Assembly: GCA_965249725.1 (NCBI GenBank)
Contig: CBDFMQ010000002.1
Location: 2,464,001 to 2,528,000 of the forward strand
Direction of reading: 5' to 3'
From: Longimicrobiales bacterium
GTDB lineage: Bacteria; Gemmatimonadota; Gemmatimonadetes; Longimicrobiales; Gaopeijiaceae
DNA length: 64,000 nucleotides
The notes beneath the pieces were generated by a model. It had not been told where the DNA came from and searched no databases. It saw only the letters and a program-made list of their open reading frames with translations. Every line of letters begins with the position of its first letter. The first letter of the stretch is position 1. Made by a program: the position numbers and the translations under genes. Shown here in pieces: positions 37,646 to 47,373 of the stretch.

Positions 37646-38135
37646 CTGCTTGCTCCAGCTCTCCATGCGCCTTCACGAGCCGCTGTCTGGCCCGGGCGAG
37701 CGTGGTCCCCACCGCTCCCACGGACAAGTCCAGCGCCTCCGCGATCTCTTCGTAGTTCTGCCCTGCATCCCACAGAAGAAGGGCCTCACGGTCCCGTTCC
37801 CCCAGGCACTCCAGCGCTCTCCGGACCTCCGCCTCGCGCTCGCCTCGCTCCAACTCCGCCTGCGGATCGGGAGCGGGCCCACGAACCTCGACCTCGGACT
37901 TGAGAAGGGTGAGGTGCTTCTTACGACGCATGGCGGTCCGCGCCTCGTCACGAGCCAGGTTGGCCGCTACAGTAAACAGCCAGGCCCGGGGCTTTTCGGG
38001 TTGCTCCCGCAGCGCACGGACGAACGTCTCCTGTGCCAGATCCTTGGCCCGCTCCAGATCCCACACCTTGCGGTGGAGGAAGCGAACCAGATCCGGCAGA
38101 GTCGTTCGGTAGAGCTCTGCCCAGTCAGCGTCCAC
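37629..38135 (-). CDS. ECF sigma factor
   Basis: DLAQETF, AWLFTVAANLARD, YEEIAEALDLSVGAVGTTLARAR. Confidence 0.92.
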   Translation of the reverse strand: MDADWAELYRTTLPDLVRFLHRKVWDLERAKDLAQETFVRALREQPEKPRAWLFTVAANLARDEARTAMRRKKHLTLLKSEVEVRGPAPDPQAELERGEREAEVRRALECLGERDREALLLWDAGQNYEEIAEALDLSVGAVGTTLARARQRLVKAHGELEQADAARQ

Positions 38136-38335
38136 AGCGTCCTCGCTCGATCACGTAGGAGGCCCATTCTCCATGGTGGGGCTCCGAAGCTTGGCTCAGG
38201 TACCCCACGGACGACCCCTGAGAGCCGTCCTGCATATCTGGAGACGAACGAGACGCATCGACTTGCACACACACGTACGGGCGCACGGGTCGACTCAAAC
38301 CGCGTGGCATGACCTCGCCAGCGGGGCAGTTGGGC

Positions 38336-41011
38336 CTAGTCGGCCCTCAATGCAGCAACCGGATCGATGCGGGTGGCTCTCCGAGCGGGGATGTAGCTCG
38401 CCAGGAGCGCGACCGCGATCAGGAGTCCCGAAACGGTGACCAACGTCACCGGGTCCCCCTCGGATACGCCGAACAGGAGTGACGAGGCCAGGCGACTGAA
38501 CCCGAAGGCCGCTACCAGGCCGAGGGCGAGCCCCCCCAGGGCCAGACGAAGCCCCTGCGCGACCACCAGGCGTCGAACGTCGCTGGGTTGGGCGCCCAAC
38601 GAGACCCTCACGCCCATCTCATGGGTGCGCTGCGAGACGGTGTAGGAAAGGACGCCGAAGAGGCCAACAGCTGCGAGGACCAGCGCTACTGCGCCGAAGA
38701 CCCCCAGGAGCACCGTGTTGAACCGGCGTCCAGCGACCGATGACGACAGAGCCTCTTCCGTAGCAGACACGTTCTCCACGGGCACCGTCGAGTCGAAGCT
38801 CCAGACGGCCTCGCGGATCGCAGGCAAGACCGTCGCGATATCACCGTCCGCCCGCACGAGAAGGGTCATGTCGGTCATCGGCCGCTGACCGTGTGGGAAG
38901 TAGAATCCCGGCTGGGCTTCGGCCTCACGGCCGAAGTACCGGACGTTGGATGCGAGCCCAACGATCTCCCAGCGGCCCGTGGGAGTCCCTTCCCACCAGG
39001 TTCCCAACTGCAGGACCTGACCGATCGGATTCTCGCCGGGGAAGTAGCGATCGGCGAACGCCTGGTTGATCATCACCACACCCGGCGCCTCCGCGTGGTC
39101 GAGATCCGTGAAGTCACGACCCCGCACCAACGGGATGCCCGCCGTTTCGAAGTACCCGGGCGAGACCGGTCGGTACTGGGCCTCCGGCCTCACACCACCG
39201 TCCGGCTCCGGCCGGCCCTCGACCCAGAAGCTCGTGGTCCAACTGGGGTCGGTGGGCCCTGCATAGGCCACTGCAGCGTTGCGAACACCCGATGCGTCGC
39301 GGGTCTGGCGTGTGACCTGGTCGAAGAAGGACGCCACCTCCGGCCACCTCTCGGGGGTGTACTGCGTGAACGGCAGTGCCAGCGTCACCTCCCAGAGGTC
39401 GTCCGGGTTGAAGCCCGGATCGACGGACTGGACGGCGATGAAGCTCCGAATCAGGAGGCCGGATGCGACCACGAGAACCATGGCCACGGCGGTCTCGAGA
39501 ATCACGAGCGACCCACGGAGTCGACCGCCGGAGATGCCTCGCATACCGCGTGAACCGTCCTTGAGTGTCTCAGAGACCCGAGCGTTGGAGCCGCGCAGGG
39601 CAGGCACAAGACCGAAGATCACCGCCGTCATGAGTGTCACGCCGGCCATGATCGCCAGGATGCGTACGTCCATAACGATCTCGTCAGCCCGGGGCAGAGC
39701 CTGCGGTGGGGCCGATGCGAGTATCACACGAAGGCCGGCATAAGCCAGGCCCAGGCCGGCTACCCCACCGATCACGGCCAGAAGCGCACTCTCAGTGAGA
39801 AGCTGCCGAACGAGCCGGATACGTCCGGCACCGAGCGCCGTCCGGATCGCCACCTCCTGGCCCCGGGCCGCCGTCCGAGCCAGAAGCAGGTTGGCCACGT
39901 TGGCGCAGACGATGAGCAGCACCAGACCAACCGCGCCCAAGAGGATGAGCAACGCCGGTCGGGCGTTGCCTACCATGGCCTCTTTGAGTGGCTCGACCCA
40001 GGCCGATCGCTCCAGGTTGCTGTCCGGGTACTGCTCTTCCAGAAGCGACGCGATGGCGGCGAACTCCTCGGAGGCCGCCGTGGCATCGATTCCCGGCTTG
40101 AGGCGTCCGACCACGATCAGGCGGTGCATGCCTCGGTCGTCACGGCCCACGTCCTGGGCTGCCGGCAACCACATGGACACCCCGCCCGGGTAGTCGAAAG
40201 AGGCGGGCATCACTCCGACGATGGAATGGGTCACCCCGTCCACCTCGACGGAGCTACCCAAGACCGTGGGATCGCCTCCGTAGCGCTGCCTCCACAACCC
40301 GTGTGCAAGCACGGCGACCGGCTGCCCGTCAATCACATCTTCTTCGTCGAGAATGACCCTGCCCAGCGCCGCCGGCACCCCGAAGGCGCGGAACAGGCTG
40401 GACGTCACCCGTCCGATCGGAACCGATGTCGGCTCCGCATCCCCTGACGTGACGGTGGCCTGTGGGGTCCGATACGCGCCCAACTCCTCGAAGGACTCCT
40501 GGGTCGAAAGGAAGTCCTGGAGGTCGGGATACGAGGTCCATCCTCGCCCGAAGCTGCCCGGCTGGGTGGACCTCCCCCACACCAAGGCGAGCCGATCCCC
40601 TCCCTCGAAGGGCAGCGATCGGAAGAGTACCGCGTCCACGACCGTGAAGATGGCGGTGTTGGCACCGATCCCGACGGCGATCGTGGCCACGGCCACAAGA
40701 GCGAACCCGGGGCGGCGCAGCAGCGCCCGCGACCCGTACCGAACATCCTGAGCGAGCGTCCCCACCCAGTCACCCCTCCCATATCTCGTTCTACGATTCC
40801 CTGCCAGTTCCTCGACCCATTCACCCGCCACGGCCCGGGTCACGTCGAGCGCCTCTCCGGCGACGAGTCGCATCGCCGCCCCCAAGCCCGCCGCTCGAGC
40901 TCTGCCTAACCGCTGCGCAAAGACGAACACCATCTCATCGCCATGCTCCCACCGGAAATCGCGAGGGAGAAGGCGAGTCACCGCCCGGTACAGCCACACC
41001 ACGGTCCGCAT
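38336..41011 (-). CDS. ADOP-type duplicated MacB/FtsX ABC permease
   Basis: GIGANTAIF, LLIVCANVANLLLAR, EMGVRVSLGA, PARRATRIDP; N-terminal LYR..P..FR..G.EM prefix. Confidence 0.93.
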   Translation of the reverse strand: MRTVVWLYRAVTRLLPRDFRWEHGDEMVFVFAQRLGRARAAGLGAAMRLVAGEALDVTRAVAGEWVEELAGNRRTRYGRGDWVGTLAQDVRYGSRALLRRPGFALVAVATIAVGIGANTAIFTVVDAVLFRSLPFEGGDRLALVWGRSTQPGSFGRGWTSYPDLQDFLSTQESFEELGAYRTPQATVTSGDAEPTSVPIGRVTSSLFRAFGVPAALGRVILDEEDVIDGQPVAVLAHGLWRQRYGGDPTVLGSSVEVDGVTHSIVGVMPASFDYPGGVSMWLPAAQDVGRDDRGMHRLIVVGRLKPGIDATAASEEFAAIASLLEEQYPDSNLERSAWVEPLKEAMVGNARPALLILLGAVGLVLLIVCANVANLLLARTAARGQEVAIRTALGAGRIRLVRQLLTESALLAVIGGVAGLGLAYAGLRVILASAPPQALPRADEIVMDVRILAIMAGVTLMTAVIFGLVPALRGSNARVSETLKDGSRGMRGISGGRLRGSLVILETAVAMVLVVASGLLIRSFIAVQSVDPGFNPDDLWEVTLALPFTQYTPERWPEVASFFDQVTRQTRDASGVRNAAVAYAGPTDPSWTTSFWVEGRPEPDGGVRPEAQYRPVSPGYFETAGIPLVRGRDFTDLDHAEAPGVVMINQAFADRYFPGENPIGQVLQLGTWWEGTPTGRWEIVGLASNVRYFGREAEAQPGFYFPHGQRPMTDMTLLVRADGDIATVLPAIREAVWSFDSTVPVENVSATEEALSSSVAGRRFNTVLLGVFGAVALVLAAVGLFGVLSYTVSQRTHEMGVRVSLGAQPSDVRRLVVAQGLRLALGGLALGLVAAFGFSRLASSLLFGVSEGDPVTLVTVSGLLIAVALLASYIPARRATRIDPVAALRAD

Positions 41012-41014
41012 CTA

Positions 41015-41383
41015 TCAGCTCCGCTTCGCGGGTCCAGCGAACGCGGGAAGCACGTTCTGGGCCCGAGCGAGATCTGTTAGGCGCTCGTGCCGACGCGCCT
41101 CCGCCTCCACGACTGCGTGTCCCAACGGCGTGAGTTCATAGTACTTACGCCGGGGATCCGTCTCCTCGGCCGGACGCGCCGCCTCGTCGATGAGACCGTC
41201 CTTCCGTAGACGCTTGATCGCCGAGTAGAGCGTGCCCGTCCCGATCGTCACCTCTCCATCGGTGCGCCGCTCGACCTCGAGCAGGATTCCGTAGCCGTGG
41301 CGGGCGCCCTCCACCATCGACAGCAGAATCAGGAACACCGGCTCGCTTATGGGCTGGTGGTCCGAAACGTCGTATTCACTCAT
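41015..41383 (-). CDS. PadR family transcriptional regulator
   Basis: HGYGI, GTLYSAIKRL, RRKYYELT. Confidence 0.92.
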   Translation of the reverse strand: MSEYDVSDHQPISEPVFLILLSMVEGARHGYGILLEVERRTDGEVTIGTGTLYSAIKRLRKDGLIDEAARPAEETDPRRKYYELTPLGHAVVEAEARRHERLTDLARAQNVLPAFAGPAKRS

Positions 41384-41431
41384 GGATGACTCCATCTCGA
41401 GCCTCATTCTCCGTAGATACCTCGTCACTAA

Positions 41432-41452
41432 CTATATCAGTATACGATATAG
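41432..41452. promoter_or_regulatory. Palindromic operator upstream of padR
   Basis: CTATATC-N7-GATATAG perfect inverted repeat. Confidence 0.75.
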
Positions 41453-41482
41453 CGAGAGGTGACCCAATGGCGCCTGGATACG

Positions 41483-41511
41483 AAAAAGGGGGCGACCGTG
41501 GTCGCCCCCTT
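41483..41511 (-). terminator. Intrinsic terminator after the ABC ATPase
   Basis: AAGGGGGCGAC/GTCGCCCCCTT stem followed by T-run on minus strand. Confidence 0.85.
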
Positions 41512-41533
41512 CGACGCGCTGACCGCTCAGCGC

Positions 41534-42289
41534 CTAGACGTCGAAGCCGGACTCCTCGAGCTCTGTCGCGTGCTCGGCCCGCTTTGCGTCTTCTTCGTCG
41601 ACCACCTGGCCGTCGAAGAGGTGCACCGAACGCTCCGCCACCGTGGCGTAGCGCGGATCGTGCGTCACCATGCAGATCGTGGCGCCCTCGTCGTGGAGCT
41701 CGTTCATCAGGTCCATGACGGCGTTGCCGTTCTTGGAGTCGAGGTTACCCGTCGGCTCGTCCGCCAGCAGGATGAGGGGTCTGCCCACAATGGCCCGGGC
41801 CACCGCCACACGCTGCTGCTGACCGCCCGAGAGCTGGCTCGGGTAGTGCGTCATGCGGTGGGCCATGCCCACCCGCTCCAACGACGCATGCACGCGCTCC
41901 TTACGCTCGGCTCCACCCATGCCGCGATATGTGAGCGGTAGCTCGACGTTCTCGAAGACCGTCAGGTCCCCGATCAGGTTGAACGCCTGGAAGATGAACC
42001 CGATGGCCTGGTTGCGGATCTTGGCCCGCTGAGAAGCCGTCAGGTTGGCAACCGGCTCGCCGTCGAGCAGATAGTCGCCGCCCGTAGGCGAATCCAGCAG
42101 CCCGAGAATCGAGAGTAGAGTGGTCTTACCGCAGCCCGACGGGCCCGCGATGGAGACGAACTCGCCCGCCGCGATGTTCAGGTGGATCTCGGAGAGGGCA
42201 TGAGTCTCGACCTCTTCCGTGTAGAACACCTTGCTCAGACCGTTCAGGTTGATGAGGGCCGTGTCCTGTGTCGAATCGCTGGTTTCCAT
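41534..42289 (-). CDS. ABC transporter ATP-binding protein (MacB/LolD type)
   Basis: GPSGCGKT, LSGGQQQR, LADEPTGNLD, VTHD. Confidence 0.95.
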   Translation of the reverse strand: METSDSTQDTALINLNGLSKVFYTEEVETHALSEIHLNIAAGEFVSIAGPSGCGKTTLLSILGLLDSPTGGDYLLDGEPVANLTASQRAKIRNQAIGFIFQAFNLIGDLTVFENVELPLTYRGMGGAERKERVHASLERVGMAHRMTHYPSQLSGGQQQRVAVARAIVGRPLILLADEPTGNLDSKNGNAVMDLMNELHDEGATICMVTHDPRYATVAERSVHLFDGQVVDEEDAKRAEHATELEESGFDV

Positions 42290-42345
42290 CCGTGCTGCTC
42301 CCTATCTGTGAACCGACTCGCGGGAGGTCCCCCGCTTGGTCATAA

Positions 42346-42741
42346 CTATAGACGAGATTTGTCCGTCAGAAGTTGCATTCGGTGAATCAGCGAACGTCCT
42401 GGCGTGCTCAGTTGTTGGAACAGGACAGAACTACCAAGGTCGGTGGCCAACGGCGAACTCTTCTTGGGCCAGCTCACCCAAAGGCCGCCATTAGGTCGCA
42501 GCCTCCGAGACAGATCGGGGAAACGAGCCCGGAGTTCGCCTTCATCGGTCACGAAGACGATGGCCACGTCGAGCTCGAGATCAGAATCCGGCTCCGCCTC
42601 GACGAGTACATCGTCGGGCAAGGGGTCGATCAGCTCGGGAAAGTGGGCCGGGGCGTCGAAGGTGCCGACGCGGTGGCCTGTCTTGATCCCCAGCTTCTTG
42701 GAGAGTGGAGTGCCGGAGTATCCGGCGGGCACGGGTGACAT
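42346..42741 (-). pseudogene. DUF3052-like protein, C-terminally truncated
   Basis: AGYSGTPLSKKLGIK and GGLWVSWPKKSS present; similarity ends at ATDL and the frame runs through the downstream promoter. Confidence 0.65.
42351..42377 (-). promoter_or_regulatory. Candidate ECF promoter
   Basis: TGCAAC-N17-CGTC(TATAG). Confidence 0.55.
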
Positions 42742-42899
42742 CCTGGTATGGTAGGACCGGGTCCTGAGCGGGGCCACCGGGTCTGTCGCAGATAGGATGC
42801 TCCATGGATACTGAGACACCCGCTCCACGGGAACACGGCAGACCGATTCGGGTGTGACACCCCCAGACCTCGCGTAAGACCTCAACGTTGGGAAGGCCC

Positions 42900-45290
42900 A
42901 TGGACCAGCTTCGGCACGACGTCCGCTTCGCCTTCCGATCGATCGTGCGCAATCCCACCATAAGCCTGGTCGCCGTCGTCTCTCTGGCGCTTGGAATCGG
43001 GGCGAACGCCGCGATCTTCAGCGTCGTCGACGTATTCATGCTGAGGCCCCTCCCGTTCCCCGAGGCCGAGCAGCTGGTGAAGCTCTCGGACACCTTCGCG
43101 GAACGCGGCTTTAGGGGGGTGGACACGTCGATGCCCACACTCATCGACTGGCGGACACAGAGCGAGACGATGGACATCGCCGGCTTCGACGACGTCGGCC
43201 TCAACATGTCGGGCGGCGATCAGCCCGAACGCCTGAGCGGACTATCCGTCTCCTACAACTTCTTCGATGTGCTGAGGGTTCAACCGGCCCAGGGACGAGG
43301 CTTCCTCCCCGAGGAAGAGAAGGAGGGGTCGGGCCGGGTGCTGGTCATCAGCGATGGTCTCTGGCAACGCACCTTCGGCGCTGATCCCGAGATCCTCGGC
43401 CGGATCATCGGGCTGGACGGTGAGCAATACACGGTCGTGGGTGTCATGCCGGCCAAGTTCGAGTTCGACAGACCGACCCATGAAATCTGGATTCCCCAGG
43501 AGGATCCTGGTGAGGAGTGGCGGGGGACCCACTACATGGATGCTTTCGGTCGGATCGGATCAGGTTCGTCCATGGAGCTCGCACGAGCGGAGATGAGCCA
43601 GATCCAGGCCCGCCTGGGCAACATCCACCCCGACCTGTCCGGCTGGGGTGCACAAGTGACTCCCCTGCGCGACGAGTGGTTCGACGAGGGCTTCAGGCAG
43701 GGCAGCGCCATTTCCAGCGTAGCGGTCTTTTTCGTGCTGCTCATCGCCTGCGCCAACGTGGCCAATCTGCTGCTGGCCCGCGGAGCGGGTCGGGGACGGG
43801 AGATCGCCCTTCGAGGGGCGCTTGGAGCCGGCCGGCGGCGCATCGCCCGGCAGCTCCTCACGGAGAGCGTCATCTTGGCGTTCGTCGGTGGGGCTGCGGG
43901 GCTCTTCGTGGCGGTGCTCGGCATCCGGGGCATCGTCGGGCTCATTCCACCGATCTTCCCCCGCCTCGACGAGATCGGGCTGGATCCGCGGACGTTGGCG
44001 TTCACCGCGGCCCTGACCCTGGTTTCCGGCCTCGTGTTCGGGCTCCTTCCCGCCCTTGGTGCGTCACGTTCGAACCTGCGAGACGCCTTGAGTGAGGGGG
44101 GGCGGGGCGGATCGGGCGGACGAAGCGGGAAGCTCCGCGGCGCCCTGGTCATGGCTGAGATCTCGCTGGCCATGGTCCTGTTGATCTCGGCGACGCTGCT
44201 GGTCAAGTCGTACGCCGGATTGCGGAACGTGGAGCTCGGCTTCGGCACCGAGGACATCGTGACGGCCACCGTCACTCTCCCGGAGGTCCAGTACCCCGCG
44301 GAGGAGGACGTCACGACCTTCCACCAAGAGCTCCTGATGCGCCTTCGGGCGCTCCCCGGGGTCGTGGAGGTCGGAGGCGTCAGCAGGCTGCCGACGCGGG
44401 GCGCGAACCAGACGCAATACGCTCTGCCCGGTCAGTCACCAGTGGCCGAGGGACAGGAACCCTTCACCTTCTTCCGAGCGGTTACGCCGGGCTATATGGA
44501 GTCCATGAGCATGACGTTGGTGGCCGGCCGAGCGATCGACGCCGGGGACGTCGAGGGCACGCCCGAGGTCGCGGTCGTCAACGAGCGCTTCGCTGAGCGC
44601 CACTGGCCCGACGAGAGTCCGTTGGGAGAGACGATCGCCTTCGGCGAGACCGTCGTGGAGATCGTGGGAGTCGTGGGGAATACTCGGGACTTCGGCCCCA
44701 ACGGCTCCGCTCCCGTCATGGTCTATCAAGCTGCCTACCAGGGCGGCGACCGGCGCATGACCTACGTCGTACAGACCACCACCGACCCCGCATCCCTCAT
44801 CGAGGGCATCCGGGAACAGGTCAGGGCGGCCGATCCCGAACAACCGGTCTATTCGGTAGCAACCATGTCCACGTTCATCGCCGAGTCCCTCAGCGGGGAT
44901 GTCGCGATGGTCAAGATCCTCGGGGTGCTGGCGATCATCGCGTTCATACTGGCGGCGGCCGGCGTGTACGGAGTGCTGGCCTACTCGGTGGCACAGCGGA
45001 CGCGTGAGATGGGCATCCGCATGGCGTTGGGAGCACAGCGACGGGACGTGCTCACTCTGGTCGTGCGCCAGGGGTTGACGTTAGCCTTGGTGGGCATCGG
45101 AGTGGGGCTGCTCGCGGCCTTCGCGTCCACTCGAGGGCTTGCTTTCTTCCTCGTTGGGGTGGACCCACTGGACGTACAGGTCTTCGCGTCCGTGACCTTC
45201 TTGCTGTTGCTCACCGGCATCGCGGCGAGCTACCTGCCGGCCCGCCGCGCCACACGAGTCGATCCCATGCTGGCTCTCCGTCCGGACTGA
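42900..45290 (+). CDS. ADOP-type duplicated ABC permease without N-terminal prefix
   Basis: Starts directly at MDQLRHDVRFAFR; ALGIGANAAIFS, ACANVANLLL, REMGIRMALGA. Confidence 0.93.
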   Translation: MDQLRHDVRFAFRSIVRNPTISLVAVVSLALGIGANAAIFSVVDVFMLRPLPFPEAEQLVKLSDTFAERGFRGVDTSMPTLIDWRTQSETMDIAGFDDVGLNMSGGDQPERLSGLSVSYNFFDVLRVQPAQGRGFLPEEEKEGSGRVLVISDGLWQRTFGADPEILGRIIGLDGEQYTVVGVMPAKFEFDRPTHEIWIPQEDPGEEWRGTHYMDAFGRIGSGSSMELARAEMSQIQARLGNIHPDLSGWGAQVTPLRDEWFDEGFRQGSAISSVAVFFVLLIACANVANLLLARGAGRGREIALRGALGAGRRRIARQLLTESVILAFVGGAAGLFVAVLGIRGIVGLIPPIFPRLDEIGLDPRTLAFTAALTLVSGLVFGLLPALGASRSNLRDALSEGGRGGSGGRSGKLRGALVMAEISLAMVLLISATLLVKSYAGLRNVELGFGTEDIVTATVTLPEVQYPAEEDVTTFHQELLMRLRALPGVVEVGGVSRLPTRGANQTQYALPGQSPVAEGQEPFTFFRAVTPGYMESMSMTLVAGRAIDAGDVEGTPEVAVVNERFAERHWPDESPLGETIAFGETVVEIVGVVGNTRDFGPNGSAPVMVYQAAYQGGDRRMTYVVQTTTDPASLIEGIREQVRAADPEQPVYSVATMSTFIAESLSGDVAMVKILGVLAIIAFILAAAGVYGVLAYSVAQRTREMGIRMALGAQRRDVLTLVVRQGLTLALVGIGVGLLAAFASTRGLAFFLVGVDPLDVQVFASVTFLLLLTGIAASYLPARRATRVDPMLALRPD

Positions 45291-45368
45291 TTGCTCTCCA
45301 TCCGGATCCGTCCTTCCCTTCCCCTCGGACCTCTTTGTTGAGTCCGCTTTCGGCTCCATACTATCTGG

Positions 45369-46151
45369 ATGGAATTACTAACCAGCCCTGAAGCGTGGGT
45401 GGCTCTGGCCACCCTCACGATTCTCGAGATCGTCCTCGGAATCGACAACATCGTCTTCATCTCCGTCCTCGCGGACCGACTGCCCGCAAAGGAGCGGCCC
45501 AAGGCACGTCAGTTGGGCCTGGCCCTGGCGATGGGTACGCGCATCGTGCTGCTGTTCTCCATCACCTGGATCATGCGGCTCACGGCCCCCCTCTTCACGG
45601 TTTTTGGGCATGCGACTTCCGGACGGGACCTGATCCTCATCATCGGGGGCCTCTTTCTGCTCACGAAGTCCACCCGAGAGATCCACCACAAGATGGAGGG
45701 GGCCGACGGCGACGGACACGGATCCGGTGGCAAAGCGGTGACCTTTAGGGGAGTCCTGATTCAGATCGCTCTGCTGGACATGATCTTCTCACTGGACTCG
45801 GTGATCACCGCCGTGGGCATGGCAGACGATCTCGCCGTCATGGTCACGGCCGTGATTCTGGCCGTGGGCGTCATGATGATTTCGGCCGGACCGGTCGGGA
45901 ACTTCGTCTCCGAGCACCCCACCGTGAAGATGCTCGCCCTCAGCTTCCTCTTGCTGATCGGAACGAGCCTGGTGGCCGATGGCGTCGGCTTCCACATCCC
46001 GAAGGGCTACATCTACTTCGCCATGGGATTCTCGGTCTTCGTGGAGTTCCTCAACCTCCGGGCCCACCCCACGGGCGCCGGGGGCTCAGGTGCGGGCACC
46101 CGGCACCCGCCTGAGGCGCAACAGGCGACGGCGGGCGGCGGCGACAGCTAG
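45369..46151 (+). CDS. TerC family membrane protein
   Basis: LEIVLGIDN, DMIFSLDSVITAVG, IPKGYIYFAM. Confidence 0.93.
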   Translation: MELLTSPEAWVALATLTILEIVLGIDNIVFISVLADRLPAKERPKARQLGLALAMGTRIVLLFSITWIMRLTAPLFTVFGHATSGRDLILIIGGLFLLTKSTREIHHKMEGADGDGHGSGGKAVTFRGVLIQIALLDMIFSLDSVITAVGMADDLAVMVTAVILAVGVMMISAGPVGNFVSEHPTVKMLALSFLLLIGTSLVADGVGFHIPKGYIYFAMGFSVFVEFLNLRAHPTGAGGSGAGTRHPPEAQQATAGGGDS

Positions 46152-46181
46152 AGGTCGCCCACCGCCCACCACCCGCGGCGC

Positions 46182-46212
46182 AGCGTCGCCGGTGAAGCGT
46201 CGCCGGTGAAGC
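46182..46212. repeat. 14-bp tandem duplication (AGCGTCGCCGGTGA) in a convergent intergenic gap
   Basis: Two perfect copies plus partial. Confidence 0.8.
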
Positions 46213-46223
46213 GCCAGTGGAGC

Positions 46224-46799
46224 TTACATGCTTAAGCCAGGCTCCCCGTCGGAGACGTTGAAGCGGATCCACATGCCGGTCACGGCGTGTCCGGGGATGT
46301 AGCACACAATCGCGTATTCACCGGCTGCGTCGGCCGTGAACGTGAACGACTCGCTCTCGCCCGGGAGCGTAGACTCGGTCATCGACGTCGGATCGCCGGT
46401 GATCGCGCCGGCGAACACCGGCTGGGGGTTGTCGAACATGGCGCCGTAGCCGCCCACCTGCGCGTCGACTCCAAGGCTGTGGGCCATGGCGGCGTCGTCG
46501 TTGGTGAACTCGACGGTGATCTCGTAGCCCACCGGCACGGTGATCGTCCCCTCGCCGTTGGCCATGCCATTGAACTTCCACCCGCCATCCATCTGGGCGG
46601 CGATGTGGAGCTCGACGGTCATGGCATCGTTATCGATGTGATACCAGTCAGGCATCCCGCCCGCGGGAGCAGCTTCCGCGGCCGGCTCGGCGGCCGGCTC
46701 GGATGCCGCGGGAGCAGCGTCGGGGGAGTCGGAGCCGCCACAGGCCACGAGCCCGGCGGTCATCATGGCGGTCAGACCCAGCTTGGCTGAGTGCTTCAT
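46224..46799 (-). CDS. Sulfocyanin/rusticyanin-like blue copper lipoprotein
   Basis: LVAC lipobox, Ala/Pro linker, MAHS and CYIPGHAVTGM type-1 Cu ligands; AGGAG RBS. Confidence 0.88.
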   Translation of the reverse strand: MKHSAKLGLTAMMTAGLVACGGSDSPDAAPAASEPAAEPAAEAAPAGGMPDWYHIDNDAMTVELHIAAQMDGGWKFNGMANGEGTITVPVGYEITVEFTNDDAAMAHSLGVDAQVGGYGAMFDNPQPVFAGAITGDPTSMTESTLPGESESFTFTADAAGEYAIVCYIPGHAVTGMWIRFNVSDGEPGLSM

Positions 46800-46931
46800 T
46801 GTCAGGTACTCCTGTTGCAACGATGGGCCGGCCCTTAGGTAAACGACGGCCCTGAGAACGGACGCTGGAAAATACCGAACCGGTGGTGGTGAGGTAAGAC
46901 GTTGGAATGCCCTCCAGAGGACGCCGGGCGA

Positions 46932-46967
46932 GAAAAAAAAAGAGCGCCGCCCGAAAGGCGCCGCCCC
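46932..46967 (-). terminator. Intrinsic terminator
   Basis: GC-rich imperfect stem with TTTC loop followed by T9 on minus strand. Confidence 0.8.
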
Positions 46968-46990
46968 AAGAAAGGCTGGAGAACTCGACT

Positions 46991-47155
46991 CTAGTCGTCG
47001 CTCTGACCCCCCACGGCCGGCACGACGTCACGACGCTCCACCGGGAGCGCCTCTTGGGCCATCCGCCGAAGCAGCTCGGCCCCACGGCTATCCCCCTCAT
47101 CCTCGACCCGACTCGCCGCTCGGAGTAAGTGTCTGATTCTCTCTTCCACGCTCAT
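46991..47155 (-). CDS. 54-aa hypothetical helical-hairpin protein
   Basis: AAGGAG RBS, MSVEERIRHLLRAASRVEDEGDSRGAELLRRMAQEA..., own promoter and terminator. Confidence 0.7.
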   Translation of the reverse strand: MSVEERIRHLLRAASRVEDEGDSRGAELLRRMAQEALPVERRDVVPAVGGQSDD

Positions 47156-47285
47156 CTTCCTCTCCTTCCTCACCGGGCCGATCTCTAACACGGCCCTCAG
47201 CCCCTCTCTCCCACTATTTCTACAATACGGTTCTGGACTCTCGCTGTTTCAGGCTCACCATAAGAACCGACCCTTCTCTTGCTCT

Positions 47286-47312
47286 GACGTATACAAGACG
47301 AGGAAGGTTGCG
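47286..47312 (-). promoter_or_regulatory. Candidate ECF promoter
   Basis: CGCAAC-N17-CGTC. Confidence 0.55.
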
Positions 47313-47373
47313 TCCAAGTCACATCGGGGGTCACATCGCTTGACAGCCGTGTGGTGCAGTGGCACGCTGCGGG

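Noticed and set aside
46815..46832. sigma54 promoter before the blue-copper gene (CGGCCCATCGTTGCA)
   Set aside because: GG-to-GC spacing is 9 nt rather than the required 10
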